Positions 58,761-64,000 of a stretch of 64,000 bases of DNA are shown piece by piece. Positions within the stretch are counted from its first letter, which is position 1, and every line of letters starts with the position of its first letter. Where the stretch lies: positions 1 through 64,000 of IMG/VR virus record IMGVR_UViG_3300040856_003274; one strand, written 5' to 3'. A model generated the notes under the pieces. The model searched no databases, was not told where the DNA came from, and saw only the letters and a program-made list of their open reading frames with translations. The position numbers and the translations under genes were made by a program. This DNA comes from a virus.

Positions 58761-59029
58761 TTACTAACATTACGGATTACTTTTTTCCCCCGACATTACA
58801 GTTTCTCGCCACGGCCCACGCGCATACGCGCACGCGTGTACATGTGTGCGTCATGTACGCGAACGCACGCCAGCGACATGACGCTCAAGCGCGAGCGCGA
58901 GCCCCCCACGACGTATAGAATTCAGACAGGCAATCCGTTTTAGAATTCTATACGCGGTATAGCAGGCGCACCTACGCGTACACGCGTGTGGTTTTGTCGG
59001 GGGAAAAAAGTAATCCGTAATGTTAGTAA
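58761..59029. repeat. 35-bp perfect inverted repeat (58761-58795 / 58995-59029) between divergent genes
   Basis: TTACTAACATTACGGATTACTTTTTTCCCCCGACA and its reverse complement; inner IR CGTATAGAATTC/GAATTCTATACG. Confidence 0.92.
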
Positions 59030-59093
59030 GGGGAGGCACTGAGCTTCCCATAACTTTAATGGCTCTCTGAGCCCATTTATGAAAGGTATTCGC

Positions 59094-60140
<1,047 letters not shown>

Positions 60141-60182
60141 GAGCGGAGCTGAGCTGAGCTAAGGTCGCGTGTGTTTGAGTGA

Positions 60183-60274
60183 GACACCTTAACCCTCACC
60201 TTCTGAGATGTCCTAGACAGATCAGACGGTGAGGGCTTGAGGTGTCGGGAGTCCTAGAGACTCCCTTAATCTTA
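60183..60274 (+). repeat. intergenic double-hairpin repeat, copy 4 (inverted relative to copies 1-3)
   Basis: GACACCTTAACCCTCACC...GGTGAGGG...GGTGTCGGGAGTCCTAGAGACTCCCTTAATCTTA. Confidence 0.9.
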
Positions 60275-60315
60275 GCTGAGGCGCGTGCTTACGATTACTG
60301 AACCTCCCACGAAAA

Positions 60316-60365
60316 CAGAAAGCCCCTCACCCTCTAATCTGCTCTAAGCAGGTCAGAGCGGTGAG
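60316..60365 (+). terminator. terminator built on a partial copy of the hairpin repeat
   Basis: CAGAAAGCCCCTCACC...GGTGAGGGGCTTTCTG; its interior is the reverse complement of 58082-58110. Confidence 0.75.
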
Positions 60366-60481
60366 GGGCTTTCTGTCGGGACTCGTTGCTTTTCTTACGT
60401 TACCGCGCCCCAATAATCTTTTGACTTTAATATTAAGAGTATGACCGCGAGGGGGATAGACTAGCTGAAAAGAGTGCTCTA

Positions 60482-61288
60482 ATGAAACCGACCTTTGTTA
60501 TTCTTGTGCTTATCGACATAGTAGACTCGACCAAGTTTATTGAGCGAGTAGGGGATATGCACGCCTCTGAGGTGATGAGAGTATATGACCGTATCTTTAG
60601 AGGTCTTCTTATCAAGTACGAGGGGCTAGAGATTGACAAGACGGACGGGGCGCTGTTGCTATTTGAGACAATGAAAGATGCGCTTAACTACATCCAAGCC
60701 TACCACAGTATGGTGGAGAGACATCTAGGGCTAAAGTCTAGGGCAGGTATTCATTGTGGTTATGTCATCATGCACTCTAACTCACAGTTGTTTGTATCTA
60801 GGGGAGCTAAGCCCATTGAGGTTGAGGGGATACAGAAGGCTATCGCGGCTCGGATTATGAGCTTAGCTGGGGGAGGTCAGACCTTTCTTAGCAAGCGTGC
60901 AGGTGAGTATGCCGCATCGGTGCGCGGTAAGCTCTTAATGAGGGATTTAGGTATGTGGAAGCTCAAGGGAGTTAAAGACCCTATGCAGTTGTACGCTATA
61001 GGTGATGATATCAACCGCCTCGCCCGCCCCAAAGAGACAGAGAAGGTTAAGCTAGTGAAACCTCCTAAGCTAACCCCTAGAGAGCGCCGTGATAGGTTTC
61101 TTAGGCGCTACGTATACTTCCCTATCGCCGTCTTTTCTTTTTACGTTTGGGTGTCGTGGTTAGCTTTCTTAGAGTATTTCGGCGCTTTCGGCTACGGGTG
61201 TGAAGTGTTCAAGACCACGAAGCTCGTTATGGACTATATGACGCTACCATTTTACAAAGCCTTTTGGGTGTGGCTGTTCAACCTGTAG
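60482..61288 (+). CDS. class III adenylate/guanylate cyclase-like protein with C-terminal membrane anchor
   Basis: DIVDST, EIDKTDG, RAGIHCG, EVEG...AARIMSLA..GQ, LKGV..P; hydrophobic C-terminus. Confidence 0.85.
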   Translation: MKPTFVILVLIDIVDSTKFIERVGDMHASEVMRVYDRIFRGLLIKYEGLEIDKTDGALLLFETMKDALNYIQAYHSMVERHLGLKSRAGIHCGYVIMHSNSQLFVSRGAKPIEVEGIQKAIAARIMSLAGGGQTFLSKRAGEYAASVRGKLLMRDLGMWKLKGVKDPMQLYAIGDDINRLARPKETEKVKLVKPPKLTPRERRDRFLRRYVYFPIAVFSFYVWVSWLAFLEYFGAFGYGCEVFKTTKLVMDYMTLPFYKAFWVWLFNL

Positions 61289-61334
61289 GCTCGTATTCTT
61301 TTTATAAGATTAGAGTGATAAAAGGAGTCTTTAG

Positions 61335-61856
61335 ATGAATAACAAGCAGTTTACTCAGAGCGAGAAAGCCAAGAGAGGCTGGTGGGCTAGTGTGGTGTTC
61401 ATGCTACTCATAGTCGTACTGATCGTTTTCTTATCTTACGTGGAGATACAGAAAGAGAACCGTGACATACTTATAGGTATTATTGGTATGTTGACGGGTT
61501 CGATTAGTTCAATGTTAGCCATCGCATCAGGCCGTGACCCGTCTGAGGTAGAGGAGCTAAAAGACAAGCTCGCGAGCGCCAATGCAGACAGGGAAGCCCT
61601 CATCGCGAGGCTCAGGGACGCTCAGATACAGATGCAACTCCTAAGAAGTCAGATTTTCGAGCTTCAAAACGCGGTAATCGAGAAGCTTTCTGTCTTCATG
61701 GGTAACTCCCCTATAAAAACAAAAGATGTTGGTGATGTGGAAGTCCCTGAAGTGGTTAAGGAGTGGCTACCGAAACCCACAAAAGAAACACCTCCTCCCC
61801 CTAAAAAGGAACAATCTAAGGAACAACCTAAGGAACCTGCTAAGAAAGGTAAGTAA
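61335..61856 (+). CDS. two-TM coiled-coil membrane protein
   Basis: two TM helices, coiled coil, P/K-rich tail; upstream TATTCTTTTTATA. Confidence 0.7.
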   Translation: MNNKQFTQSEKAKRGWWASVVFMLLIVVLIVFLSYVEIQKENRDILIGIIGMLTGSISSMLAIASGRDPSEVEELKDKLASANADREALIARLRDAQIQMQLLRSQIFELQNAVIEKLSVFMGNSPIKTKDVGDVEVPEVVKEWLPKPTKETPPPPKKEQSKEQPKEPAKKGK

Positions 61857-61859
61857 GAC

Positions 61860-62843
61860 ATGGATCGCACAGCATATATGATGAAGAGAGCCTCTGCTCA
61901 GAACGAGTTAGCCTTTAAGATAGCCAACGGGCTATTTCTTACAGAGGCTGACAAGGCTTCTAATGAGATTTCCGACGAAGCTAAACAGGGCTTGGCTCTT
62001 ATCCGTAAGGGCGCTGGGTGCAACTCACTCTCTGCTTTCCTTAAGCAGACTGAAGGTAAGCAAGACATTGACGACACTGACCCAATACAGAAGCTCATAA
62101 AGGCACGTCTTCAAGGAGTCACTTCACCTGAAGAGGCTCAAGAGGTCATTGGCACTTTTGCAGTTGCTTATCAGAAGAAAGACATCGTGAAGATGGCTAA
62201 GATCGTGGAGATTGAAGCCAAGGTAATGTCTCTCATCTTGTTGTGGTACGTAAGAGATGATCAGAGCTTGTGGCAGAACAACTCTCCTATGGCAAGAACC
62301 GCCGCTAGTCGAGGCTATAACCGTCGTTATCGGTCACTTAAGAAAGTGCTCACCCTAATCTTAAAGGTTTCAGAGGGTACGCTTAGCTTTGTAGAGAAGA
62401 TTACAGGCGGTGTATCAGACTGGATCGTGCGTTTTCTTCCTGCTACTGCTGGCAAGTTAATCGGTAAGCCTATCAAGTGGGCTCTCTTGACAGGGATCGC
62501 TCTAAAAGCGTGGCCTACGATTACTCAGCTTGTAGCACTTAGTAAGCCTCTGTTCGCTCTAGCGGTGCTCAAGCTGAAGCTCTTAGTAGGGCCTATCGCT
62601 TTCGGCTCTGTAGTGTCTACCGCAGGGTTCGCTTTGGCGGTCTTGGCGGTCGCTTGGTTTGGTTACCAAGTCAAAGAATACCTCGCATGGGCGAAAGGTA
62701 AGCTCCTAGAGGCTATCAAGCTCCCTTTCGCATCGCTCCTGTTGATCCTTAAGACGGTGTTTAAGGGTGGCTACAGCCTTCTTAGATGGGCTTTTAGGGA
62801 CATTAAGGGCTACATTAGAGAGAACCGCGCTCTACTCACCTAA
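61860..62843 (+). CDS. hypothetical protein with KRAS/RTAAS motifs and a hydrophobic C-terminal half
   Basis: 327-aa ORF, multiple TM-like segments. Confidence 0.7.
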   Translation: MDRTAYMMKRASAQNELAFKIANGLFLTEADKASNEISDEAKQGLALIRKGAGCNSLSAFLKQTEGKQDIDDTDPIQKLIKARLQGVTSPEEAQEVIGTFAVAYQKKDIVKMAKIVEIEAKVMSLILLWYVRDDQSLWQNNSPMARTAASRGYNRRYRSLKKVLTLILKVSEGTLSFVEKITGGVSDWIVRFLPATAGKLIGKPIKWALLTGIALKAWPTITQLVALSKPLFALAVLKLKLLVGPIAFGSVVSTAGFALAVLAVAWFGYQVKEYLAWAKGKLLEAIKLPFASLLLILKTVFKGGYSLLRWAFRDIKGYIRENRALLT

Positions 62844-62864
62844 GAAACTTCAGGAGTCGAGGCT

Positions 62865-64000
62865 ATGGACAAGCGATCAGGCTTAATCAGACCCCCTCAA
62901 GGCTTAGTAGACCGTCTCACCGTTATCGGGCGAGGCGCGACGGCTAAATATTGGCTCGACAGGGAAGAGAGGGAGAGGGGTCAGAAGTGCCTCGATCAAG
63001 AAGATGTAGACGGCTTTGAGTGGGTTATCGAGGACATTGACGACCTCTGTCGTAACATAAGAAAAGGCGAGGTCAGCTTAGATGACGTTAAGTGGACTTT
63101 CCAAGCTAGTTTAAACACCACTAAACTTATCTTAGACAAGTGCGCCAGCATAGGGCTGACAATCCCTGCTCTTACTACAGAGCGCGTAATCTTAGCGCAT
63201 AAGAAACAGGAAGCGGCGCTAATCTTTGAAGACGAGCGGAGCTACCGCAATGAGCTTGCTGGGCTTGTGTCGAGGCTTGAGGCTATTCTTACAAAGACCC
63301 TTAAAACGCTAGTAGGTGAGCCTCTCTTCTCTGAGACTATGAGGGAGCAATACTTAGAGGCGAGTGCTCAAGTCGAACACAACGACCAGCAGTCATGGGT
63401 TGTCTTTGACTCTTTCTTAGGTGAGGTTAGACTTAATCTTATCATTAAGCGCACACCAACCTTAGGGAGCTATGTTTACAGGGGCTCTCAACATACGCTC
63501 CTGCTTTACGTGCATCCAGGTCGTGTAGGGTTTGACTTAGGAGAGATTAGAGACGTAGTGAGGCATGAGCTAGTCCACGCTATGCAAAAGCAGATCAGCC
63601 TTAATAACGAAGTCTCTCAAGCAGGGTTGCCACGCTCTAAGAGTGGCGTTTATCGCCAAGGTATGAGGGAGAAAGAGAAGGAGCTCAAAGTCGAGTACGC
63701 AAGAAAAGGGCTCGACCCTGAGGATGTGTCTATCCATGCGCTCGATGACATTGAGTTTTACTCGCGGCTACTTGATGAGGTGGTCAACTTCCAGCGTATT
63801 ATGGGCAGTAATCCGAGTAACGCCGATATACACAACCACATCTCTCGAAGGCTGTTCTTTAAGAGCCTCAAGCGCCAGCCTAAGAAATGGCGTAAAGCGG
63901 TAGGTATCTTCTCTTCTGAGGTGATGTCTCGTAATGTTAGGCGAGCCTCTGAGTTTAAGACTCCGCGCAAATGGAGTAAGGCTCATTGTGAGTCCAAGAG
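62865..64000 (+). CDS. HExxH-motif protein, runs off the window (absent from the ORF track)
   Basis: AGGAG/GAGG RBS, MDKRSGLIRPP start; in-frame VRHELVHAMQ (His codon at 63564), downstream EF motif and RRASE. Confidence 0.7.
   Translation, partial: MDKRSGLIRPPQGLVDRLTVIGRGATAKYWLDREERERGQKCLDQEDVDGFEWVIEDIDDLCRNIRKGEVSLDDVKWTFQASLNTTKLILDKCASIGLTIPALTTERVILAHKKQEAALIFEDERSYRNELAGLVSRLEAILTKTLKTLVGEPLFSETMREQYLEASAQVEHNDQQSWVVFDSFLGEVRLNLIIKRTPTLGSYVYRGSQHTLLLYVHPGRVGFDLGEIRDVVRHELVHAMQKQISLNNEVSQAGLPRSKSGVYRQGMREKEKELKVEYARKGLDPEDVSIHALDDIEFYSRLLDEVVNFQRIMGSNPSNADIHNHISRRLFFKSLKRQPKKWRKAVGIFSSEVMSRNVRRASEFKTPRKWSKAHCESK

Overview
This window looks like part of a large (probably jumbo-class) contractile-tailed dsDNA phage genome. 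It is gene-dense, reads in the standard code, and has no rRNA, complete tRNA or CRISPR array. It carries a giant 1894-aa tail sheath with neighbouring morphogenesis genes, HU, a type IB topoisomerase, an actin-like ATPase, tdk-folA-thyA, three methyltransferases, HNH and GIY-YIG nucleases, a ClpP-like protease, an SLT-like transglycosylase, a class III nucleotide cyclase and a scattered amino-sugar/glycosylation pathway (GlmM, GlmU N-domain, UDP-sugar dehydrogenase, glycosyltransferases). The most striking unexplained structure is a family of three genes (36411-37478, 38521-39612, 49629-52115). They are built from 13 highly diverged modules of about 100-120 aa. Each module starts with WG[D/N/T]PPKPN[M/I/x]WK, and modules are separated by [K/R][V/I]AS linkers. 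The same K/R-x-A-S signature, and often an upstream TAWT-N5-TATA motif, marks many other orphan genes. By inference this suggests protease-processed, capsid-packaged polyproteins. Other notable non-coding features are a candidate origin (palindromic iterons with a G/C skew flip at about 53.4 kb), a symmetric divergent cassette module with repeated RNA hairpins and a 35-bp inverted repeat (57.2-60.4 kb), and at least 50 copies of the 8-mer TAAGATTA/TAATCTTA. All functional calls come from motif recognition by eye; no database searches were run.
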